A stretch of 32,000 bases of DNA from a bacterium (lineage in GTDB: Bacteria; Bacteroidota; Rhodothermia; Balneolales; Balneolaceae). Both the position numbers and the translations under genes were made by a program. The notes below the pieces were generated by a model. The model searched no databases, was not told the DNA's origin, and worked only from the letters and a program-made list of their open reading frames with translations. Location of the stretch: assembly GCA_024742815.1 (NCBI GenBank), contig JANSXX010000002.1, forward strand, positions 299,395 to 331,394. The letters are read 5' to 3'. This document shows positions 25,058 through 32,000 of this stretch, piece after piece; position 1 is the first letter of the stretch; each line of letters starts with the position of its first letter.

Positions 25058-25549
25058 CTATATGTAATCAATTTCAATGGTGAAGTCTCCTTCGTAATTA
25101 CCCGGTTGAGCATTGGTTAGGTTAACTTCTCCACCTACCCAAATGTAGTATGTCCCTTGATTATTGAATCGCAAATTTCTGTTTTCGTAATCTATTAATT
25201 GCGAACTTGTTTGATCCTCTATACTGTTACCACTTAGTTCATATCTGAAGTTTAAAAATCCTTCACCTTCAATTCGGTTTAACTGACGATCTAATTCATA
25301 TTCAAGTCTAAATTCTGCATCAGGAGTACCATTTGCTATCATGAATCCGGCATTCAAGTCATTAACAGGATTCACGTAAATAACTTCTTGACCTGGTTGG
25401 CTATTACCAAAAGTCATCGTATTCACGGTGATTAATTCAATAGACTGAATAACGTTTGCCTGAATACTTACTTCAGCTGATAATTGATTACTCTCCTGAG
25501 AAAAAACCAGACATGGAAATAACAATAAAAGTAGAAATATATAACGCAT
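25058..25549 (-). CDS. DUF4402/SCPU-like secreted pilin-type subunit (paralog)
   Basis: Signal peptide MRYIFLLLLLFPCLVFSQ, MTFGNS motif, and C-terminal TYYIWVGGEVNLTNAQPGNYEGDFTIEIDYI. Confidence 0.55.
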   Translation of the reverse strand: MRYIFLLLLLFPCLVFSQESNQLSAEVSIQANVIQSIELITVNTMTFGNSQPGQEVIYVNPVNDLNAGFMIANGTPDAEFRLEYELDRQLNRIEGEGFLNFRYELSGNSIEDQTSSQLIDYENRNLRFNNQGTYYIWVGGEVNLTNAQPGNYEGDFTIEIDYI

Positions 25550-25643
25550 ATTTTGAAAACTGACCTTTCGTATAATTTAAAGGCTTTAACCGAGATAAGG
25601 CAGTTAATCTTTCTTAATTAAGGCTAATGGATAAAGACTGATT

Positions 25644-26039
25644 TCACCACGCGAAGGCGTTGAAATAGAAGGGATCTAGCTCGATTTCTCTTCCCTGGAG
25701 TTGTATTGAACGTGGCAGTACTTCGGTAAGGCGTACGTAATTGGATGTCATCTCAAAATTGTAATTGAGCATCTGATTTCTGAATCTGGATGAAAACCGT
25801 ACGGTGATGGAGTAGATGCTGTCCCGAGGTGCCTCGTCTACCAGATAATAGGGGTTGGGAGTGTTGATCGGATAGAGATCGCCAACAATTTTGATTTGAT
25901 CTCGACCGGGTATAAAAGTGCTATCTTCAAGCTGTGGTTTCAGATTTACACTAAAAGTGATCGAAGTTTGAGCTTGAAGATAGCTTGAGGTTGAAATAAA
26001 AAGAGTAATAAAAAATACTAAATAAGATAGTGTTCGCAC
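25644..26039 (-). CDS. Small secreted beta-sandwich protein (CBM20/Ig-like pattern), function unknown
   Basis: GTG start 1 nt after the stop of the 490-aa gene. Signal peptide ending YLQAQ. ITFSVNL....GRDQIKIVGDL......YYLVDEAPRDSIYSITVRF....LNYNFEM resembles a starch-binding-like sandwich but lacks the usual Trp residues. Confidence 0.4.
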   Translation of the reverse strand: MRTLSYLVFFITLFISTSSYLQAQTSITFSVNLKPQLEDSTFIPGRDQIKIVGDLYPINTPNPYYLVDEAPRDSIYSITVRFSSRFRNQMLNYNFEMTSNYVRLTEVLPRSIQLQGREIELDPFYFNAFAW

Positions 26040-26040
26040 G

Positions 26041-27513
26041 TTAGTTATTGCTTTTGTTTACTTCGTCTTTCCAGTATACAATAGAGAAAACACTTTCTCT
26101 TGGGAATGATGGTGGAATAGTTGCCTTCAACCGGTTGTCATATTGGTAATTCTTGATGTAGCCGGAAACTACCGTACTTCCGGAAAAGGTGCCAACCGGT
26201 CCACGATTTTGTTGAATGATTCCACCTAACATATTTAGTGTACCTTTGCTACCACCAGAATTATAGTTCTCTACGGTAAAAGAGGTATTTAGCGCTACAA
26301 TAGATGCATGAATGGTTAAATCCTGAGAACCATTAGCCGAATGGGCATATCGATCAACTACAACATCTCCTTCGCTCACCAAACCGAGTAAGTCGGCAGA
26401 CGTTGAATCGGCAAGGGGGTTAACGCGGTAAGTAATATCGCCCATAATTTCGATTTCATCTTCGGCGTGTAAGGTTACACTGCCGCTAACTTCACCCTGT
26501 ACTTTTATTTCACCATCCGTAGAAATCACACCATTAATGTCGGCCAGGTTTACCGTTTCAACGGTTGGTGGAGTTGGAGGAATGGGAGTACACCACCACA
26601 TCCAATTAGCACAGTCATTCCCCGGTGAGCCACCATAAGAAATATCAGCATAGCCATGATCAGCATCGTAGTAAAAATCTACATTAATATCCCCTGAGTA
26701 TCTTTTCCCACCATCGTTAGCAGCAGCAACAAGTCGGTTAATTTCGTAACTCGTAGGTTCACTTTTTAGCGGTGCGTTGAAGTTTTCTCCACCATAGAAG
26801 TTTGGATTCGTCGGGTTGGTACTGTGAGCTCGCCACATATTTGGGCTCGTAACCAATCCATAAAAAGAGGGTGCACCAGACATCGCGAATTGCCCATTGG
26901 TATGGATTGGACCATAAATATTATCCTGATCCATAAACCAAATGGTAGAGCCATTAGCAGCTAACTCAGATTGAGTCATGTAGGAATACTTACTAAAGGA
27001 ATCTCGTTGCATCAACACTTCGGTAGTCACTTCAATATCATCGTATGTGCTTGAACTTACCAGCAGTACTTTATATTCGTCCCAACTACCTACACTATTG
27101 TTCGGTTTGTTTTGACTGTCTTGGGTATAGCTATTTAAAGAACCTGCGAGGTTAATAGGTAAGGTAATACCGGTTTGGTTAAGTTGATCTTCAAGTTGCT
27201 CTTCTATTTCTAGCACTTCATCTAAACCTAGTAACCCTAAGCTTAGTTTTTTTCGACCTTCATTTGAGCGTGAAAGTAAAGCTTTGGTATCCACTACCTC
27301 ATCTATGTCGATGCTGCCTACCCAGTTGTTATTGTCTTTCATCGTTTCAACCGCATTGTCGATTAAACTTTTAGACAGATTTCTGGCTTGTTGCGCTTTG
27401 TAATAATCGGTAGTTACAACTGGGATTTCGGCCACACGATCTTGGTTGTTTACCTGCACAATGCCCGTTAAAATTGTAAGTCCGCTTACTAAGAATAATA
27501 AACTTCTTCCCAT
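26041..27513 (-). CDS. PilX/GspK-like large minor-pilin-type protein with an N-terminal hydrophobic anchor
   Basis: ATG preceded by a strong SD (AAGGAGAAGTT-ATG). The N-terminus is MGRSLLFLVSGLTILTGIVQV, followed by YYKAQQARNLSKSLIDNAVE (PilX_N-like helix). The C-terminal end GTLNMLGGIIQQNRGPVG....SGYIKNYQYDNRL...PPSFP resembles the conserved ending of PilX-like proteins as I recall it. Confidence 0.45.
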   Translation of the reverse strand: MGRSLLFLVSGLTILTGIVQVNNQDRVAEIPVVTTDYYKAQQARNLSKSLIDNAVETMKDNNNWVGSIDIDEVVDTKALLSRSNEGRKKLSLGLLGLDEVLEIEEQLEDQLNQTGITLPINLAGSLNSYTQDSQNKPNNSVGSWDEYKVLLVSSSTYDDIEVTTEVLMQRDSFSKYSYMTQSELAANGSTIWFMDQDNIYGPIHTNGQFAMSGAPSFYGLVTSPNMWRAHSTNPTNPNFYGGENFNAPLKSEPTSYEINRLVAAANDGGKRYSGDINVDFYYDADHGYADISYGGSPGNDCANWMWWCTPIPPTPPTVETVNLADINGVISTDGEIKVQGEVSGSVTLHAEDEIEIMGDITYRVNPLADSTSADLLGLVSEGDVVVDRYAHSANGSQDLTIHASIVALNTSFTVENYNSGGSKGTLNMLGGIIQQNRGPVGTFSGSTVVSGYIKNYQYDNRLKATIPPSFPRESVFSIVYWKDEVNKSNN

Positions 27514-27522
27514 AACTTCTCC

Positions 27523-28104
27523 TTAATATGGTAAGTTGATATTGTTCGGTACAAAAATTCGTTTCCAGATTAATCTAGGATATTGCTGATTCCCGTCATT
27601 AATTGTGTATGGTTCTACTGTTTCAACCATTAATTCAACTTCGATTTTTTTAACAGAGGCCAACGTAGTTGTTGGAGTACCGTCCGCTGTGTAGTAATTC
27701 AAATCGAAATAAACTACCGGAAACTCAATGGTTCCGTACGAGCTGGTGCCAATTGGCCCCACTCTTTTTAAATAATAATCGTTTGGATTGGTGCTGTTTA
27801 CGGCATCGCTGGTGTCGAAATACCAACGTATATTTGTAGATCCATAGCTGTCGTTATCATACACATCAGCCTGAAAAATAATATTCTGATCGCCAATTGT
27901 AGTGAAAGGAACCGCTGTGCCGGCGTTAAAACCAATCTTATTAAAATCGTTTGCAAGTACATCAACCAAGTTGTCTAAATTCGATTGGTTGATGGTGTTT
28001 AGTGTTAGTTCCTGGGTTTGATTTATAACCTGAGCGTTGAAATTCAGGATCGAAATCATGAATAATCCACCAATCACGAATGTTATGGCTAGTCCTGCAT
28101 TCAT
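27523..28104 (-). CDS. PilW/GspJ-like minor-pilin-type protein
   Basis: N-terminal hydrophobic helix MNAGLAITFVIGGLFMISIL. The body follows the minor-pilin pattern: IIFQADVYDND...IRWYFD...YYLKRV...VVYFDLNYYTADGTPTT.LASVKKIEVELMVE. There is no G-F-T-L-x-E prepilin site. Confidence 0.45.
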   Translation of the reverse strand: MNAGLAITFVIGGLFMISILNFNAQVINQTQELTLNTINQSNLDNLVDVLANDFNKIGFNAGTAVPFTTIGDQNIIFQADVYDNDSYGSTNIRWYFDTSDAVNSTNPNDYYLKRVGPIGTSSYGTIEFPVVYFDLNYYTADGTPTTTLASVKKIEVELMVETVEPYTINDGNQQYPRLIWKRIFVPNNINLPY

Positions 28105-28106
28105 GG

Positions 28107-28526
28107 CTAGTAGGTGTAGGATTTAACGTATTCTAAGGTAATAAATACTTCGGGGGTAACATTCTGATTGAGTACAGTAACCGTTACTTGGTATTTTTTC
28201 ATCGAACCGGTATCCTCAATTAATTCTGAAGTACCGTTTATAATAAAAGTAGAACTGTATTGATCACTTGATCCGTAATTATGTACTTCTTCGATGGGGT
28301 AGCTTGAGTATACATAGTTACCGCTACTTGGGTCTAATTCGTCGGAATCATAGATCCATTGCACTTTATCCAATTCATCCTGAGCAACAGCAATTGCACG
28401 ATATTCAGCTTCGGCTTGGTAAATTGCCTGCCGGTTTGAGTTGAAACTTCGTGCGGTATTTAAGGATAGAAACCCAAAAATAACCATCGCTCCAATCAAA
28501 TATGTTAACTCAGCGTAACTGCTCAT
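28107..28526 (-). CDS. PilV/GspI-like small minor-pilin-type protein
   Basis: The N-terminus is MSSYAELTYLIGAMVIFGFLSL, followed by an amphipathic helix QAIYQAEAEYRAIAVAQDELDKV and a small beta domain ending KKYQVTVTVLNQ...VFITLEYV. An in-frame stop lies 6 codons upstream, so no longer leader is possible. Confidence 0.4.
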   Translation of the reverse strand: MSSYAELTYLIGAMVIFGFLSLNTARSFNSNRQAIYQAEAEYRAIAVAQDELDKVQWIYDSDELDPSSGNYVYSSYPIEEVHNYGSSDQYSSTFIINGTSELIEDTGSMKKYQVTVTVLNQNVTPEVFITLEYVKSYTY

Positions 28527-28799
28527 GGTTTTGTGGTATAGTTATATATAAAAGTGAAAAAAAAAATGAATAATTAAAATTAATCTATCATAACAGAATG
28601 TCGATTTTTTATACAAATAGCTTGCTATTACACTATTTTAAGTCACTTCCATTAGGATTCATTAAGCAAGTTTTCGATTCCAAGAAAAAATGATCAAAAA
28701 CGGTGCTTACTCATGCATACGTAGTTATCGACACATCGGATTGGTTGATAACATAGTTTTTTTATAATGAGGCAAAAGCTAGTGTACCGTTACACGATT

Positions 28800-31700
28800 T
28801 TATTTAATAAAGGTCATCTTTTTGATAAAGATTTCACTATTTGCCTTTAATCGGTAGAAATATACTCCGCTTGCTAATCTTGAAGCGTCGAATCGAACTT
28901 GGTACCGGCCCGGAGTGCGTGCTTCATTTACCAGGGTTTGGATTTTACGTCCTAATAGGTCAAAAATTTCGAGTGTTACATTTGCAGATTCATTTACTCC
29001 AAATTCAATAGTAGTAGATGGATTGAATGGATTGGGGTAGTTCTGGTTTAGGAAAATCTGTTCTGGAACATCACGTTCTATTTGTTCGGTCGAAATCTTT
29101 AAGGTAAACCGAGTTGACATAGTCGCAGCTTTAACTTTAAGCCTACTTTGTGGGGATAATGGATTTAAATTCCTTCTGATTTTAGCACGGGTTGAATGGG
29201 TAAATTCATACGTTAACTCATCGAGCATATTGATTTCCTCGCCGGTCTCATTATCAATTAAGGTTAGAATCCAATCTTCGGGAATACCTCTAAAATCGCC
29301 CCAAACCATCTCATATACACCGTTTACGGGAGCGCCGTTTTCAAAAGCATCAAAATGAAGTGGTATAAAATATCGAGTATTAAAATCGATGGGTAAGTTA
29401 TTTATTGCTAACTCAGTTCCGTTATCTAACAAGCTGTGAAATTCGAGATGTGAACTGGAGAGAGGTAACAAGCGGTAGCCGTCTAAATCATCTTTACCTT
29501 TTTGTGCATTTTCGGTAAGTATGATATTAGTGCGTTTGGTTCTGCCCGATTCGGAAGTTACAGCCAGTTGAATTTGCGGAATCAACGGTGTATCTGAACG
29601 TTGTTTTGATTTACTGGAGTCGATCTGTGCTTGTTTTCTTAAAAATGAACCAAGTGTAGTTTTCGCTTCTTTATTTACGGTTAGCTCAGGACTTGGGCCA
29701 CTGGCTTTTACCCAAAATCCCTGGAAAGGAGCGATTAAGCCTGAATTTGGTAACGTTCCTGAAACACCATTCCAAGTTAAATACTCACCATCACCTCCGT
29801 TTGCGGCAGGATCCCAAATGTAGATGGTAGACTCAACATTCGTTTTGGTCCAATTAGAAGCGTCATCCCAATCGATAGTAGCAGCAAAAGGATTACCTAC
29901 TAGATTCCAGCCTGAATCGGCAGCAGGAGTGTACGTAATGCCGAAATCAACTTCTGTTCCATCGCCATCCCATTCTTGTCCACTTGCGTCCAAAGTATCA
30001 GGTAATGCATCGTTATAAAGTGGATCTGCAGCAATATCCCCAAAAACGAATACAAACATTCCTTGTCCCTGTGTTACCGATGTTGCAGCGCTTGCAGGCG
30101 CACGATAGCGTTGATTATCGGTGCCTGAAGCACTCTCTACATACGTAAGTACATTTGGCTGCAAAGTGTCGCCGGGATTGGTTCCGGTGGCATAAAAAGC
30201 ACCCGTATATCCTTGTGTAAGTGTGCCGTCTAATAAATCGCCGTATGTGGTATTAAAAGGCGATGAAATTAAGCGCCATCCAATGCTTCCGCTTATTCGG
30301 CGTTGCATTCGAATCGATCCCGAGCCGTAGGATTTACTGTTAGCGATCAAATTTGACCCGCTTGGTAAAAACATCACGCCATCAACCAATTTCAACGAGT
30401 CGGAAACGGTTACATCACCGGGGAAATCAACACCGGCACTATTGTCAATTACCAGGTTAGTAAAATCGGTAGGATTTGTAATATCCTGATTCGCAGAACC
30501 ATCTAAAATTATAAATCCTAAAGAAGCATCGCCAACATCTAAATCGCCACCAACAGTAAGTGTATCAGTATTAGATCCTAATATTTCACCTTCGCCCGAT
30601 GCTTCACCTGTAACAATAAAGTTTTTGCCACCCGAGATAGTTACTGTTGCTGAATTCTCAATTGAAATTTGTGCGACCGTGGTGTTCGTTGTGTTTATAA
30701 CCGGCTGTTCGTTTCCTACCGAAGGCGTGGCAGGGATCAGAACAATATCGGTTGAAAGTGGTACAGAACCAGCGCTCCAGTTTGTAGGATCATCCCAATT
30801 TCGTGCATCAGCTACCGAACCCACTTGCGATTGCCACTGAGTATTGAAATTTGCGTATTCTACCTGAGCATTATCTGTGATTGAAGCCGCATTTAAGGTG
30901 CCAGTTATTGTTGCGGTACCAGCAGTTATTGATGAGGTTAAAGTAGCTGTATAAGTACCATCACTATTGTCAGTAACTGAGCCGAGTGATCCTGAAGTAG
31001 TACTTAAAGCAACGGTTTCGCCACCATTTGTAAGATTATTGCCCTCAGAATCTTTGGTTTGAACAGTTATTGTTGAAGTAGAAAATCCATCGTTAAAAAT
31101 TACGGTAGGACTTGCAGAAATAGTAGTAGTTGCTTCGGATGCAGGACCAGGTGTAACAGTAAAGGTATTACTTGTACCAGCTTCTGATCCCGCCGAATTT
31201 GTTGCCGTTAACGAACACGTTCCTAAACTTGAAATACTAACTGTTTTAGATGCAAGAACTCCACTTACAAAGGAAGCTGAAGTTCCGGCTCCTGTGCCAA
31301 TTGAACAGTTACTAGTAAGCACGATAGTGCCTGTAAATGTAGTAACAGTATCTTGGGCGCCATCAACAGCAACAATGGTGATATTGAAATTCTGCCCGGC
31401 TAACTTATTCGAAATATTACCGGATGGAACACGCTCCACAGTAAAACCGGTGAGTTCACCAGGTGCTACCACATCAAATTGATTACTTGTGGTATCGGTT
31501 AAACCCGAACTAGAAGCCGTTAACGTGTAGGTTCCGGTGTCATCCACTATCAAATTGTCGAATTCAGCAATCCCGAATAGATTCGTTTCTTCGAGAAGGG
31601 TAGAGCTTCCATCCAGCACTCCCGTCCCGCTTATCTGATTAAGTGCCATGGTAACATCAACCCGACTTTCTTCTACTGAGTTACCGTATTGGTCGATAAG

Positions 31701-32000
31701 TTGAATGCGTGGCGATGGGGATATTTCTTCGTTCTCGTTTGATGTACCCGGCTGCTGAGCATACTTCATTGCAATTTGTGTACCTGCAACCATGGTTAAG
31801 GCTCCATAATTGGTCGAGCCTCCAAGTCCGGTAGTACCAACGTTTGTAATATTTCCGGAATTGGGCAGAATTCCGGTAGTTGGACGTACTCGGAAGTTTG
31901 AGAATGTAATTTCGGCCGGATTTGTAGTTGATGCAGATGTTACAGTAAATGTAATTTGATTGGAGGTTCGACTAGTGAACGAAATTGCTAAATTGGTAGA
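28800..32000 (-). CDS. Very large surface adhesin-like protein with bacterial Ig-like (Big_1/invasin-type) repeats and a T9SS C-terminal sorting domain. The 5' end lies outside the window.
   Basis: I translated the minus-strand frame upstream of Met 31793 and found no stop through nt 32000 (...TFSNFRVRPTTGILPNSGNITNVGTTGLGGSTNYGALT-M...). The protein is therefore longer than 1066 aa. Big_1-like unit: TTTISASPTVIFNDGFSTSTITVQTKDSEGNNLTNGGETVALSTTSGSLGSVTDNSDGTYTATLTSS..GTATITGTLN. T9SS CTD: NQNYPNPFNPSTTIEFGVN...GVYFYRLKA...KMTFIK. Confidence 0.8.
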   Translation of the reverse strand, partial: STNLAISFTSRTSNQITFTVTSASTTNPAEITFSNFRVRPTTGILPNSGNITNVGTTGLGGSTNYGALTMVAGTQIAMKYAQQPGTSNENEEISPSPRIQLIDQYGNSVEESRVDVTMALNQISGTGVLDGSSTLLEETNLFGIAEFDNLIVDDTGTYTLTASSSGLTDTTSNQFDVVAPGELTGFTVERVPSGNISNKLAGQNFNITIVAVDGAQDTVTTFTGTIVLTSNCSIGTGAGTSASFVSGVLASKTVSISSLGTCSLTATNSAGSEAGTSNTFTVTPGPASEATTTISASPTVIFNDGFSTSTITVQTKDSEGNNLTNGGETVALSTTSGSLGSVTDNSDGTYTATLTSSITAGTATITGTLNAASITDNAQVEYANFNTQWQSQVGSVADARNWDDPTNWSAGSVPLSTDIVLIPATPSVGNEQPVINTTNTTVAQISIENSATVTISGGKNFIVTGEASGEGEILGSNTDTLTVGGDLDVGDASLGFIILDGSANQDITNPTDFTNLVIDNSAGVDFPGDVTVSDSLKLVDGVMFLPSGSNLIANSKSYGSGSIRMQRRISGSIGWRLISSPFNTTYGDLLDGTLTQGYTGAFYATGTNPGDTLQPNVLTYVESASGTDNQRYRAPASAATSVTQGQGMFVFVFGDIAADPLYNDALPDTLDASGQEWDGDGTEVDFGITYTPAADSGWNLVGNPFAATIDWDDASNWTKTNVESTIYIWDPAANGGDGEYLTWNGVSGTLPNSGLIAPFQGFWVKASGPSPELTVNKEAKTTLGSFLRKQAQIDSSKSKQRSDTPLIPQIQLAVTSESGRTKRTNIILTENAQKGKDDLDGYRLLPLSSSHLEFHSLLDNGTELAINNLPIDFNTRYFIPLHFDAFENGAPVNGVYEMVWGDFRGIPEDWILTLIDNETGEEINMLDELTYEFTHSTRAKIRRNLNPLSPQSRLKVKAATMSTRFTLKISTEQIERDVPEQIFLNQNYPNPFNPSTTIEFGVNESANVTLEIFDLLGRKIQTLVNEARTPGRYQVRFDASRLASGVYFYRLKANSEIFIKKMTFIK

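Noticed and set aside
236-31482. The remaining short (60-102 aa) ORFs in the six-frame track that are nested in or antisense to the large CDSs. Examples are 236-514, 750-971, 2165-2383, 5342-5551, 6316-6504, 6576-6794, 7858-8046, 8800-9149, 10170-10361, 10916-11547, 12832-13480, 15200-15391, 17163-17390, 18019-18512, 20951-21145, 26766-26954, 29824-30018, 30625-30840 and 31294-31482.
   Set aside because: Each is fully contained within a longer ORF that has clear homology or domain signatures. Their sequences are compositionally odd and lack motifs, so I treat them as spurious.
1-32000. Search by eye for CRISPR arrays, tRNA/rRNA genes, transposases, integrases, terminal inverted repeats and prophage genes
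   Set aside because: I saw no regularly spaced direct repeats, no tRNA-like T-arm/acceptor signatures in the intergenic regions, and no ORF with DDE transposase or tyrosine/serine recombinase motifs. A tRNAscan, Infernal or ISfinder run would be needed to be certain.

Overview
The window is about 40% GC and looks like chromosomal DNA from a member of the Bacteroidota/Rhodothermota/Balneolota (FCB) group. This is inferred from two proteins with Por/T9SS C-terminal sorting domains and from general gene content. I could not run any search, so the taxon is a guess.

The left part (1-14.2 kb) is ordinary. It holds a BNR-repeat T9SS cargo protein, a MerC-like membrane protein, a lipoprotein, an orphan CheY-like receiver, and a membrane protein with tandem 28-29 aa repeats. 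It also holds a plant-type ferredoxin-NADP reductase, a DUF502-like protein, alaS, the pyruvate dehydrogenase genes E1-alpha/E1-beta/E2, and a DUF4914-like P-loop protein.

The right part (14.25-28.5 kb) is one block of 14 minus-strand genes, which I consider the interesting system. In transcription order it encodes:
- three type-IV-pilus minor-pilin-like proteins with non-canonical N-termini;
- a small secreted beta-sandwich protein;
- four DUF4402/SCPU-like (archaic chaperone-usher type) pilin paralogs.

These are followed by a tightly coupled six-gene operon:
- a PapD-like chaperone;
- a 994-aa usher-like outer-membrane protein with a TPR tail;
- a natural mini-FliF::FliG fusion;
- a TPR lipoprotein;
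- MotA;
- a MotB carrying an OmpA domain plus three SPOR domains.

No other flagellar genes are present in the window. The window ends inside a large Big_1-repeat T9SS adhesin gene. I found no rRNA, tRNA, CRISPR array, transposase or integrase.
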